The notes beneath the pieces are model-generated. The model saw nothing but the letters and a program-made list of their open reading frames with translations. It made no database searches and was not told the DNA's origin. A program made the position numbers and the translations under genes. A stretch of DNA of 64,000 nucleotides, from IMG/VR virus record IMGVR_UViG_3300044984_003188, one strand, 5' to 3'. The DNA comes from a virus. Positions 16,389 through 26,601 of this stretch are shown here, one piece after another (position 1 is the first letter of the stretch; each line of letters starts with the position of its first letter).

Positions 16389-19300
16389 TTATCTATCTAG
16401 ATACCATGTCCATTTAGTCATAACAAATCCATTTGGAACTTGATGCTTTTCCAGTAAAGAAATAATCTTTTCCATTATTAGGCGTGTTTTTGATTTTGGT
16501 ATAAATGCTCGTGGTGAATCCCATTCCTTGCAGAATGTATCGTAGAACTCATAATCTTCACCTAGTTTAGTTCCATCAAACAGCATTAGTGGACCACAGT
16601 ATTTTACTTGGTCATGATATCGTAGTCGACTAAGCAACTTTCTAATCATAATCATATCTTTATGAAAGACAAAATCATTGTATTGGTGTTTCATGATTGA
16701 AATTTAACCTTTTATCGTTTAAAGTGTTCTTGTATAATTGCAGTTAAAATAGTTCTTAGAGTTCCATCATGATTTAAAATTCTGTGGGGTTGCTGTCTAA
16801 TATCTGTACTAATATTTGCATTCCTAAGCTTTACTCTCAATAAGAAATCAGCTTCAAGTGAAACCAAATGTTTTACTGTGTGTTTAACTTGTTTCAAAGA
16901 TCAACTCAAGATGTATATTGCTAATAATATTAGTATTATCAAATATTAGATATATTTTGAGATCTTTGGAAAGATCTAAGGTTATATTATCCATTTCAAT
17001 AAAATCCACACCAACCGATGGTATACCAAATACCATATCAAAAACTTTATTCATTAGTCTTTATGCCAGCGTTGTGGATTATCATCCCAATCAGGTTGTC
17101 GCCACTGACCATTAATCCAAACGTAGTTAGAACCTGGCTTTTTGGGCCTAGGTTCTGGTTTATGCCATGACTGTGGGTTATCTGGTTGATCATCATAATC
17201 TGAATTAGACTCATAATCGTCTTTCCAGCGGTCCATTTTACCTCCTAAATGATCTATTCATTTCAGTGCGAGTTACTAAATGTTGTCCAGCACCTACGCT
17301 AAGAATATAGCTTACGTCTGAACACCATCCAACATGGGATACCATACCTCGTAGTGGGCTGTCAAGTTGGGCTTCAATGGGATACATACCCATTGAACTC
17401 TCACCCATATTTACTATAGTAAGTGTATCTAGAATTTCTCGAATCTCATACACATAGTTGGGTTTGAGCAGGTTGGTGTCCTGCTCTCGAAACATAGCGC
17501 CCAGGATAAGGTCGCCCTTTGAATACTGGTTATCAGCAGGGCGAATGGCAAATCTAGCAAGTGTTTTCATATTATGAACCTCTATGTTGCAGAGCTGGTG
17601 CGACGCACGCTGCCCTCGTAGTGGGTGAGTTGACACTGTTCGACGGGCAGTACATCCCAGCCCTCATACTCATAGTCCCGACGAGCTCGCATCCATTGCG
17701 CAACCTGGTGCAGATAATAGCTGGTGGGGTTGGTGTTGGGCCGTTCCAAAGGGTCCTGGAGACGCTTGAGCAGCAGTGCAATGTGACCCGCATCACTGAG
17801 ATGCCGCATGGGCCACAACCTGTCAATCTGATCACTGCCATTCTCAGTGTCATACCAATAGCCTTCATCCAACCTTTCCTGTGCAACCTGCGCTAGGATC
17901 AGCTGGTATTCCTCTTTGGTTTTGAAAAGGAAAACTCGATCGCCATGCTTCTCGTGGAATCGAAGGATCTTCATTTGGGTCAGTCCTTGCTTGGTCCTGT
18001 GCATTGTAGCACGACTCTAGTCGGTGTCAACCACATCTTCTACAGTTACGACAGAAATATTCAGCATGGCATCCTGTGCAAGGATGCCATAATCTTGACA
18101 TTCCAGGGTATATTTTACCTGGCTGAGAAGCCATTCTGTGTCAAAGGGATTGGGTGTGACTTGACCTCGAACAATCACTGAGTCTGCATGATCGTAAATG
18201 AATTCTGTCAGAATTACAACACGTTTCTTTGTCACGTTCATTTTATCCTAAGCAAGTTGCCAAATAACTTTATCTCTTAGTTCAAGAATTTCGGAACCAT
18301 CATGTTCCTTAATACGGAATAAAGTTCCCTTAGGGATAAGGGCAATCTCTAGACTATCTAGATTAGATCCAATGCACATTTTTGGATATTTGTTTTCTAG
18401 ATAAGAAACAAGTTCAATCTTTTCTTCAGGATCTTCGCCATCTTCAAGCCATTGAATGACTCGTTCATCTCTCAGTAGTTCTGGGTATTGGGTATTCCAG
18501 GAATACCAACCAGAGCCAAAACCGGGGCTAAATAGAATCTTAACTTTTTCAGTCATTTCAATAATCCTTTGGTGGGTTGATATCAGCATCAACTAGCACA
18601 GGTTTCTCTGCAAAGATATAGTAATCAGGAACGTAAGAAAGATTGTTCTTGGCGTTCTCGGTCTGATAGTAGGCATGAGCTAGTTCAAGACTTTCAAAAT
18701 CTTGATCCAGGAAAGGCTTGCGACCCCATCCACGTTCACTTTCCCAAAGAGTCACACGATATTTTGCATTCATGCTTTATCTCCAAACCGTATGTTCATG
18801 TGGATCAAAAGAACCACCCTGACGGTCTACATGACCTTCCCAACTTGATTTAATATTTCTTGTTGTAGCTTTCTTTAACTCGGCACGAAGTTGTTCAATC
18901 TCAATAGCTGCCTCAAGCATAAGACCATTAAGAACGGCATCGGTCTTAGTAATTTTACCACCAAAGACACCTTCACGGAGAAGGACAACAATATCAGTCA
19001 TGCTTTAAGCCTTTCCGAACTTCTTCTTCAACCGCTCAAATTCATGACGATCACGCTCTTCTCGTATTGTAGCATGATGCTCTTCTCGAGTAATACGGTC
19101 CGTCATCTCTCGGTCCGTTTCCGGTTCACATACCATGATTGCAAGGTATGTTCCGTCACTATACTCATGATGGCGTTCATCAATACGTGCGTCGCCACCA
19201 TAGTCTTCACGATAACGCTGAAGATTAGCAATAGCTTCGTCCAGGGTATCATATTCAAAATCAATGCTGGTCTTTTCGTGCCAAACCAGCTTGCGTTCAC

Positions 19301-19819
19301 GGTTCACGGTCATGTTTTGTTCCTTTCTTAGCCGCAGTTCTTGCGGAGATAGATATAGATACGGCCATTATGATATGGACTTGTCGAGCGCTTGATGGAG
19401 AGACTGACGCCATAGTCCCGAGCTCCATCATAGAGCTGAGCGATGAAGTCATCTTGACGATCAAATACCTTCCTAACAGTGGCCTTACCATATACTTCAA
19501 GTTTATTCCAGACGAGGTTGGTGTCGATACGATTCACGGTCATGTTCTGTTCCTTGTTCATAGTCTCTTTATAACCCAACTTGGTATTAAAGTCAATAGG
19601 TATTTTTCAATCCTTGCGACTGACCCAGAGCACGTCGGAATCGAGGCGGGCCGCCATCTCGGTCAGATCCAAACCATAATGGATCACTCGGTCGAGCAGG
19701 TCACTCTTCTTAACCTCGACCCAAAAGAATTCGTTTCGGCTGTTAACCAGCACTCTGATGGGCCCACGGTGGGCCTTGATGGTGGAGTATAGGTCGGTCA
19801 TGTTTGTTTCCTTCATCAT
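16389..19819 (-). other. Leftward early operon of small hypothetical genes (16389-16694, 16712-16897, 17054-17236, 17238-17570, 17582-17974, 18017-18241, 18248-18556, 18558-18773, 18777-19001, 19005-19313, 19328-19543, 19607-19819)
   Basis: Tightly packed minus-strand ORFs driven by early promoters at 19568-19596 and 19826-19854. Confidence 0.7.
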
Positions 19820-19825
19820 AGTCTC

Positions 19826-20276
19826 TTTATACCACCATCTGATTTAAAAGTCAACACTAAGGATATCAATGACTTAGCCGTTTCAGGTACCTAACCCTTT
19901 GAAAAGATTATCAAAACTTTTTTAGGCAATCCAAAAAAATTTCAAAAAAGTTTGAGCACACCATGGTGCCCAGACACCCATAGAACCAAAAAGTCAATCT
20001 TTTCAATGGGTTAGGCTTTAAGCAAAAGTTAATGATATCAATGGGTTAGGCTAAGAAAGGGTTTCTGGGCAGCCTAAGCCACCATGGATGGATATACCAT
20101 ATGCCTAACTCAAAGCTAGCAGAGGTCGTCATGCTAACCCATTGATAAGATTAAGACCTACATTTTTTTCAAAAAATTTAAGTTTTTTATTCCAAGGAAA
20201 TCAATGGGTTAGGTAGGTCGCCATGCTAACCCATTGATTTGTCACGGTTGACATTTTTTATGGATGGTGGTATAAA
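19826..20276. repeat. Divergent-promoter element copy 2 (seven IHF-consensus-like sites)
   Basis: Promoters 19826-19854(-) and 20248-20276(+); motifs at ~19863,19891,19996,20032,20133,20198,20226 in orientation + - + + - + -. Confidence 0.85.
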
Positions 20277-20318
20277 GTGACTATGAACAAGGGAATGACG
20301 ATGAACAAGGGAATGACG

Positions 20319-20525
20319 ATGACCGCTAACGAAATCTGGGACACCCTCGAGGAAACCGGTCGGTTTGCCTCTCGTGAGGCTTATGGGTCGATGTGGGCTG
20401 ACCGCATCGCTGAGCTGAAGGCTGAACTGTATGCTGCCGCCAAGGAATATGGGGTGCGTCTATCCATCACCTGGGCCTTGACCAACGACAAGTTTTATGT
20501 CCAGCTGCGTAAGAATGTGGGTTGA
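20319..20525 (+). CDS. Hypothetical early protein, paralog of 19328-19543
   Basis: LYAAAKEYGVRLSI...YVQLRKNVG vs LYDGARDYGVSLSI...YIYLRKNCG; 18-bp tandem duplication in the leader. Confidence 0.65.
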   Translation: MTANEIWDTLEETGRFASREAYGSMWADRIAELKAELYAAAKEYGVRLSITWALTNDKFYVQLRKNVG

Positions 20526-20574
20526 CTTTAATACCAAGTTGGGTTATAAAGAGACTATGAACAAGGAAGTCAAG

Positions 20575-20970
20575 ATGACCAAAGAAACGGCTACCCAGCG
20601 TCGTGCACGTGAACGGCAGGAACTGGTTCGGGCGCAGCAGGAGCGTGAGCAGAAGTTTGAAGCTGAGAAATCCATTCGACTCCTGCATGCCATAGCTCGT
20701 GCTCATCATCAGGGGGTGGATGCGCAAATGTTTTACCGCTATGACAATGTGCTCTACTATGACTTCAACTTCAGCAAGATCAACCTGCCCAACAGCTACG
20801 ACTCGATTTGCGGTCCGGTGGCTGAACTCAGCGAGTGGATGATGGACAGCATCGAAAATCAACTCAAGCTTGTTGAAGAAGCTCGTGACCGTGGCAAGCG
20901 GTTGGCAAATCTTAAGAAAGAAGTGCTGGCTCGACTGAGTGACGAGGAACGTGAAGCTCTGGGAGTTTAA
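20575..20970 (+). CDS. Hypothetical early protein
   Basis: Downstream of promoter 20522-20550; C-terminal LARLSDEEREALGV. Confidence 0.7.
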   Translation: MTKETATQRRARERQELVRAQQEREQKFEAEKSIRLLHAIARAHHQGVDAQMFYRYDNVLYYDFNFSKINLPNSYDSICGPVAELSEWMMDSIENQLKLVEEARDRGKRLANLKKEVLARLSDEEREALGV

Positions 20971-20975
20971 TAACA

Positions 20976-21491
20976 ATGAATGACCGTTTCCGTAAGACTC
21001 TTGTTCTTGCACTTCGACCGGATACCGGAGAGAACGAAGCTGCAGCTGCTTTTAGCGCTCTTCGTAGAATGGCTTCAAGCGGAAACGTTTCTACTCTTCT
21101 AGATGAAAAGCCTGAAACTAAGGTTGTTTATAAAGATAAAACCGTGTATATGTCTGAATCTTATACACACAAACTTACATATACAGTTAATATTAAAGCA
21201 ACATACCTTCAGGATTATATCCACACTGTTTTTACAAATGCAGTAAAAGGTGGTATGTGCATTCATATTATCCATCTAAAATCTTCTGATAACAAGATCA
21301 CATCTCCATCAGAACTTAAGTTCAATGTTCTTGGATATGAAAAGGGTATTAAACGATTTTCTGATTTTCTTGATCGTGTTGAGCTCGAAATGCTTCAAAA
21401 ATCACAGAATAATTCTAAAGCACCTGATTACTCAGACAAAGTGAAAAAGCCTGGTTTTATGAAGCAACTTTTTCGAGCCATATTTAACTAA
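20976..21491 (+). CDS. Hypothetical protein
   Basis: 171-aa ORF; N-terminal LAL...GENEAAAA motif resembles DUF2786. Confidence 0.65.
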   Translation: MNDRFRKTLVLALRPDTGENEAAAAFSALRRMASSGNVSTLLDEKPETKVVYKDKTVYMSESYTHKLTYTVNIKATYLQDYIHTVFTNAVKGGMCIHIIHLKSSDNKITSPSELKFNVLGYEKGIKRFSDFLDRVELEMLQKSQNNSKAPDYSDKVKKPGFMKQLFRAIFN

Positions 21492-21564
21492 AAGGTATTG
21501 ACATTTACCCAAATATGGATATAATAGTCTATGACAAAATGATGTAATATGGAAAGATTATAAT

Positions 21565-21744
21565 ATGCAAGTATATAATGATGTTTGGGGTAAAGTAAGG
21601 TGTCAAGTCTCGGATCAAGTCCATGTTAAAGTACCAATGCAAATTTGTAATGAAGCCTGGAGACAATTATGGGGTTCAAATGCAAGACATATTTCACGTC
21701 AAGTATTTCATACATTAAATGAACTAGATGAAACCAGTCTATAA
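21565..21744 (+). CDS. Small 4-residue-periodic family protein (59 aa)
   Basis: MQVYNDVWGKVRCQVSDQVHVKV...; follows a TTGACA promoter at ~21498. Confidence 0.5.
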   Translation: MQVYNDVWGKVRCQVSDQVHVKVPMQICNEAWRQLWGSNARHISRQVFHTLNELDETSL

Positions 21745-21803
21745 TCAAGTATTTCATGAACTCTTAGACTAAAAATATAAAAATACACAGAAAAGGAAAA
21801 AAG

Positions 21804-22226
21804 ATGAGTGACTTTAAAGACTTTGCAGGACAGACTCTAAAGTGGACCGCTATCGGTGGTGTTTGTTTAGGTATTGTTGCTGGTGGGGCATTTTTGCTCA
21901 ATGTTGCAACCCAACCTCTTCGTACCGCTGGTGGTGTTATCAATCGAACATTTGATGCAGACAATGTGATTGCTAAATATGAATGGTTCCATGATGCACA
22001 TGGACAATACCAAGCACGAGTCAATCAAATTGTGTCGACCCGACAAATGTATATCGAAGAGAAAGATGTTGCCGAGCGTTCTCGCCTTCGGATTGAACTA
22101 TCTGCACAACGTCAATCTTGCCGTGATATCGTGACTCGATATAATGCAAATGCTACCAAGACTAATGTCTCGATTTTCCAAGGTCGAGAAGCACCTTCTT
22201 CCCTTAACATTCAAACTTGTGAGTAA
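21804..22226 (+). CDS. Membrane-anchored hypothetical protein
   Basis: N-terminal TM helix; AAGGA SD. Confidence 0.75.
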   Translation: MSDFKDFAGQTLKWTAIGGVCLGIVAGGAFLLNVATQPLRTAGGVINRTFDADNVIAKYEWFHDAHGQYQARVNQIVSTRQMYIEEKDVAERSRLRIELSAQRQSCRDIVTRYNANATKTNVSIFQGREAPSSLNIQTCE

Positions 22227-22232
22227 TATATA

Positions 22233-22763
22233 ATGAATAAGATGATCTTCCCCGTCGTTGCTCTAGTTTCTGGCGCTATTCTTCTTACTGGTTGTAATGA
22301 AGATAAGCCTGCACAACCACAAGTAAAGAATGCCCAGGCTGAACTTGCCCAACGAGCAGCAAATTCAATTCAGTTCACCGATAATGCTGAAATTGACAAT
22401 ATCAAGAACCGAGTTGAACTTACCAGCAAGCCAGGTCTTCTTGGTTATGTAATTCTATTCAATGAATCCGGACAGCCCATTATGTATGAAGGTGTTCGTG
22501 GTAAGATTACTTCTGGTTCTAAGCGCCTAACAGCACCCGATCGTGCACAACAGATTTCCACTCATGGCAATAACGGCGGTCAGCACTCTGTGGTTCGCCA
22601 AGCACCATCTGATGAAGGAACTTATGGTTCTTCCAACCCATATATCTTCTATTGGAATATTGATGGTGTTTATCGCCAGTGGAGTGGCCACTATCTCTAT
22701 TCTACACAGCCAATGCGTCTAACCATTCAGCCTCTAGTTGTTAATATTGAGGAAAAGAAGTAA
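22233..22763 (+). CDS. Putative lipoprotein
   Basis: Lipobox LLTGC. Confidence 0.75.
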   Translation: MNKMIFPVVALVSGAILLTGCNEDKPAQPQVKNAQAELAQRAANSIQFTDNAEIDNIKNRVELTSKPGLLGYVILFNESGQPIMYEGVRGKITSGSKRLTAPDRAQQISTHGNNGGQHSVVRQAPSDEGTYGSSNPYIFYWNIDGVYRQWSGHYLYSTQPMRLTIQPLVVNIEEKK

Positions 22764-23215
22764 TGGATTATACCATTACAATTGGTTGTGATCATGCAGG
22801 TCTGGAGCTAGCCCGAGAAATCTCGGTATGGCTCTTTGACTCTGGTCATAAGATCCACACTTTCTTTCCGGCACCAAATACACACGTTGATTATCCAGAC
22901 TATGCCCATAGAACATGTTCTTCCGTTACTCTAGAATCTCACACTACAAGTCGTGGTATTCTGGTCTGTGGTTCTGGTGTAGGCATGGCAATTGCGGCTA
23001 ATCGACATGCTGGAATTCGTTGTGTAAATACAAATGATCCAGAGATTGCTAAGATTGCAAGAGAACATAATGATGTAAATGTTCTTGCACTTGGTGCTCG
23101 ATTTGCATCTGATAGAGATAAAATCTGGAATTGCATCACTAATTTCCTTCAGACTAAATATGAAGGTGGGCGACATGAACAACGAGTTATGAAACTATTT
23201 GGAGTATATAAATGA
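22763..23215 (+). CDS. rpiB: Ribose-5-phosphate isomerase B
   Basis: IGCDHAG, VDYPDYA, GILVCGSGVGMAIAANR, YEGGRHEQRV. Confidence 0.95.
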   Translation: MDYTITIGCDHAGLELAREISVWLFDSGHKIHTFFPAPNTHVDYPDYAHRTCSSVTLESHTTSRGILVCGSGVGMAIAANRHAGIRCVNTNDPEIAKIAREHNDVNVLALGARFASDRDKIWNCITNFLQTKYEGGRHEQRVMKLFGVYK

Positions 23216-24180
23216 AATTTGTAATTGCAGGCTTAACGGCAACTCTACTGACTACAACAGCACATGCACAAGTACTAAACGGTGCTGGTGCTACATTCCC
23301 TGCACCGATTTATTCTAAATGGGCAGAAGAATCTAAATCTGCTGGATTTGGAATTAACTATCAAGCAATTGGTTCTGGTGGTGGGCAAAATCAAATCATC
23401 AACCGAACAGTTGATTTTGGAGCATCAGATGCTCCTATGACACTAGAAAAACTAAAACAATATAATCTGTTTCAAGTTCCTACGGTTATGGGATCGGTTG
23501 TTGTTATTGTAAATATTCCTGGTATTGCTACAAATACCTTAAATATTTCTGGGCAAAATCTAGTTGATATTTTCAATGGTAAGATTACCAAATGGAATGA
23601 TCCAAAGATTGTTGTAGATAATCCAAGTTTAAAACTACCTAATATGGCAATTGCACCAGTCTATCGTGCTGATGGTTCAGGTACCACATTTGTGTTTGTT
23701 TCATATCTACATTCACAAGATAAAGATTTTAGTGTGCCTGCGGTATCAATCAAGTGGAATGCTGGTTCAGGCGCCCGTGGTAATGATGGCGTAGCAGCCA
23801 CTGTAAAGCGCATGCCGGGATCAATCGGTTATGTTGAAAAAGTTTTTGCCACAAATAATAATATTCCAACTGCAGTGCTAAAGAGTGCAACTGGAGCTTG
23901 GGTAGCACCTAGCAATAAAAGCTTTATGGCAGCAGTAGCTAAAGCAGATTGGTCGGATACTAATGAAGCAAATGTAATTAATCGCTCTTGTGATGAATGC
24001 TATCCTATTGTATCCGCAACATATGTTCTTATTCCCAAGGACTCTAAGAAGCTAAATGAGATTACAAGTTGGCTAGAATGGGTTTATAAAAATGGAAATG
24101 CCTCAGCGATTTCCCTTGACTTTATCCCACTTTCGGATTATAATAAGGGTATGGTAATCAAACAACTAAAGAATCAGTAA
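23212..24180 (+). CDS. pstS: Phosphate ABC transporter substrate-binding protein PstS
   Basis: GAGATFPAPIY, GSGGG, VDFGASDAPM, RADGSGTT. Confidence 0.96.
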   Translation: MKFVIAGLTATLLTTTAHAQVLNGAGATFPAPIYSKWAEESKSAGFGINYQAIGSGGGQNQIINRTVDFGASDAPMTLEKLKQYNLFQVPTVMGSVVVIVNIPGIATNTLNISGQNLVDIFNGKITKWNDPKIVVDNPSLKLPNMAIAPVYRADGSGTTFVFVSYLHSQDKDFSVPAVSIKWNAGSGARGNDGVAATVKRMPGSIGYVEKVFATNNNIPTAVLKSATGAWVAPSNKSFMAAVAKADWSDTNEANVINRSCDECYPIVSATYVLIPKDSKKLNEITSWLEWVYKNGNASAISLDFIPLSDYNKGMVIKQLKNQ

Positions 24181-24190
24181 TAGTTTAACT

Positions 24191-24265
24191 GCGCCTATAG
24201 CTTAACAGTAAAGCCGACAGCTCATAACTGTCTTGATCTCCGGGCAGAACGGGGTGGGCGCACCA
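24191..24265 (+). tRNA. tRNA-Met/Ile2(CAT)
   Basis: GACAG-CTCATAA-CTGTC; atypical T-loop GGCAGAA; ACCA end. Confidence 0.85.
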
Positions 24266-24277
24266 AAGGAATATATC

Positions 24278-24505
24278 ATGCTACTAAAAGACTTCATTTC
24301 ATTACTTCAAGATAAATATGAGAATGCAACTGCTGATGAAGCATATCTTGAAGTAATGGGTGAACCTGAAATTTATGTAGATACATTTGAAGAAGCAGGT
24401 GGATATCGGTATGTTTATGCCGGCTATTCACCGGATATCAAAGTTGATATGGATCCTGCTAATGGTAATTACGTAATATCTGCTTTTGGAGATTCTCGTG
24501 AGTAA
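24278..24505 (+). CDS. Hypothetical protein
   Basis: AAGGA SD then MLLKDF. Confidence 0.65.
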   Translation: MLLKDFISLLQDKYENATADEAYLEVMGEPEIYVDTFEEAGGYRYVYAGYSPDIKVDMDPANGNYVISAFGDSRE

Positions 24506-24535
24506 ATTGACAGGTTCTATTTTTAAAGCTAAAAT

Positions 24536-24609
24536 GCCCGTATAGCCCAATTGGCAGAGGTAGCAGTTTCAAAAACTGTGTGTTGTCGGTTCGAATCCGA
24601 CTACGGGTA
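24536..24609 (+). tRNA. tRNA-Leu(CAA), short variable loop, CCA not encoded
   Basis: GCAGT-TTCAAAA-ACTGT; ends A-C-ATAAGCAC. Confidence 0.9.
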
Positions 24610-24677
24610 CATAAGCACTCGAAAATTATAAATAGCAATATCAATAAGACTATTTATAATTTTCGAGGTTAGCTCAA
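24610..24677 (+). promoter_or_regulatory. Endonuclease leader hairpin with late promoter, copy 3
   Basis: Perfect 17-bp stem TCGAAAATTATAAATAG/CTATTTATAATTTTCGA. Confidence 0.85.
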
Positions 24678-25364
24678 ATGTTTTATACTATCTATAAAAT
24701 TACTAATAAAATTAATAACAAATATTATGTAGGTAAACATCAAACCAAAAATTTAGATGATAATTATATGGGTTCTGGTAAACTTATCAAAGCAGCCATT
24801 AAAAAACATGGTAAAGAAAACTTTAAAAAAGAAATATTACATATATTTGATAATGAATTAGAAATGAATACCAAAGAAAAAGAATTGGTTGTAGTAAGTG
24901 AATCAACTTATAATCTTATTGAAGGTGGTAAGGGTGGGTTTAGTTACATTAATAAAAATAATCTTAAATTACCACTTAATGAAAATAGCAAACAAAAAAT
25001 AGCAAATACTGTCAGAGAACATTGGCAAAATGGTGTTTATGAAAAAAATAAACAAAAGTTAATTAAACAAAATAGAACAATAAAGAAATCTACAAATTTT
25101 TCAATTAATAAATCTATACTTAAAAAAGCATTAGAACAAGCACAATCTCCCAATGCTGTTATGAAAAGAAAACAGACTTTTATAGAAAATAAACATCAAC
25201 AAGGATCAAAAAATTCTCAGTTTAATACCTGCTGGATTAATAATGGTTTTGAAAATAAAAAAATTAAAAAAGATCAACTTGAAATTTATCTTGAACAAAA
25301 CTGGATAAAAGGTAGGTTGATCCTTCAAAAGGAAATATATTATGGAAGATATGAAGTTTTGTAA
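24678..25364 (+). mobile_element. Seg-like GIY-YIG homing endonuclease
   Basis: YTIYKITNKINNKYYVGKH, YMGSG. Confidence 0.92.
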
Positions 25365-25563
25365 AGATTGTAAATTTGAAAAGCGTGATCCTATGTCTTA
25401 TATTCCTATTTTAGGGATACCATTTAAAAAGTATTCTAAGTGTGGTCATCCGAAATTTGTGGAGATTGATTCAGTTACAGGTCGAAGTGCTTACAATTCT
25501 TATTGTGCCGTTATTAGAATATTTAAATGTGGTGATGAAGCCAAATACTTTGAACCAAAATAA
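25342..25563 (+). CDS. Small Cys-rich hypothetical protein
   Basis: CKDC...C...C...CG pattern. Confidence 0.65.
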   Translation: MEDMKFCKDCKFEKRDPMSYIPILGIPFKKYSKCGHPKFVEIDSVTGRSAYNSYCAVIRIFKCGDEAKYFEPK

Positions 25564-25622
25564 TGGTTGACAAGCACTAAAGCCTAATATATAATCCACT
25601 TATACAATGAATGAGGTGAAAA

Positions 25623-25979
25623 ATGAGTCGAGGTCGAGTTAATACCTTTTGTGTTGAGCCTTTCAATAACAGCTTTGAGCAGGAAGTAAAGCCTGGAAAT
25701 AAGGTTGTCTTTGCCGCAACTTCTTGGAAACGTACACGACTTGAAGAAGGCATTTTTAATGGTGTAAATAAGAATAAGTCTGGGCAGATTCAATCCGTTC
25801 GAGTTTCTTATCCTATTATCAAGTATGTGCCAAATGGCAAGACTGAGTCTACCACATATCAGCGATATAACTATCAAACACGAAGGTATGAAGAAGTTAC
25901 CTATAATCGGATGCTTTTTGATGAAGTGCCAGGTACAGGGCATTCTACTCTTCAACTAATGCGTGTGTTTAAGATCTAA
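25623..25979 (+). CDS. Hypothetical protein
   Basis: GAGG SD; TTGACA/TATAAT promoter upstream. Confidence 0.7.
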   Translation: MSRGRVNTFCVEPFNNSFEQEVKPGNKVVFAATSWKRTRLEEGIFNGVNKNKSGQIQSVRVSYPIIKYVPNGKTESTTYQRYNYQTRRYEEVTYNRMLFDEVPGTGHSTLQLMRVFKI

Positions 25980-25990
25980 TAATACAATTA

Positions 25991-26581
25991 AGGATTTGTT
26001 TCAGCAACTAAAAAAGTTTTTATTGGAAAAAACAAAAACACACCAATCCGAAAAAATCTATTGACATTGACATAAATCTGGTATATAATACGCTTATAAA
26101 TTAAGGAATAAGGGTTGGGTTCAGCCTATAAAAGCTAATCCAAACAGCAACCAAGTCCAACCCGCTAACTTATAGATTCGTTTCAGCAATCAAATAGCAA
26201 TTGACCTTGTAAATCAAAACTGCAAAAAAAAGCGAATCTGATATCTAAAGGATGTTTTCAGCAAACCAAATAGTAGCTCATCGGTAGAGCAAAGTGTCCT
26301 CAAAACACCTGGTAGTTGGTTCAAATCCAACCTAAAAAAACAACATTCTGCTATCTTCTAAGAATAAAGAATAGTTACAGCAACATAAAAATCTTCTCTT
26401 TGAACAAGAACCGTGGTCGTTCGATTCGACCGTTGCGAGGCTGGTGCCAGGAAAAGCATGCTATTCTGTTATCTTACTTAAGATTAACTTCCGCTAAAAA
26501 CAATCTCCAGTCACTTTTTGTGATATCAAAGAACCCAACGATCTGGGCGCAGGTGTGATAACTTGCAGATCGGTTAATCTG
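25991..26581 (+). ncRNA. Array of six Y-RNA-like stem RNAs with CAGCAA motif and tRNA-fragment inserts
   Basis: Units 25991-26050, 26111-26164, 26174-26240, 26249-26350, 26368-26468, 26481-26581; each has a covarying terminal stem then (T/A)C(A/C)GC. Confidence 0.75.
26061..26089 (+). promoter_or_regulatory. Consensus sigma70 promoter inside the RNA array
   Basis: TTGACA-17-TATAAT. Confidence 0.85.
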
Positions 26582-26601
26582 TCAATGAAAGGAACTATAT
26601 T

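Noticed and set aside
26271-26331. tRNA-Sec or opal suppressor (loop CC-TCA-AA)
   Set aside because: No acceptor stem, no CCA, no U33 and no long variable arm; it is the insert of array unit 4 and its anticodon register (TCA or CAA) is ambiguous.
25991-26581. CRISPR array
   Set aside because: The repeats are not identical direct repeats, unit lengths vary from 54 to 102 nt, and no cas genes are in the window.
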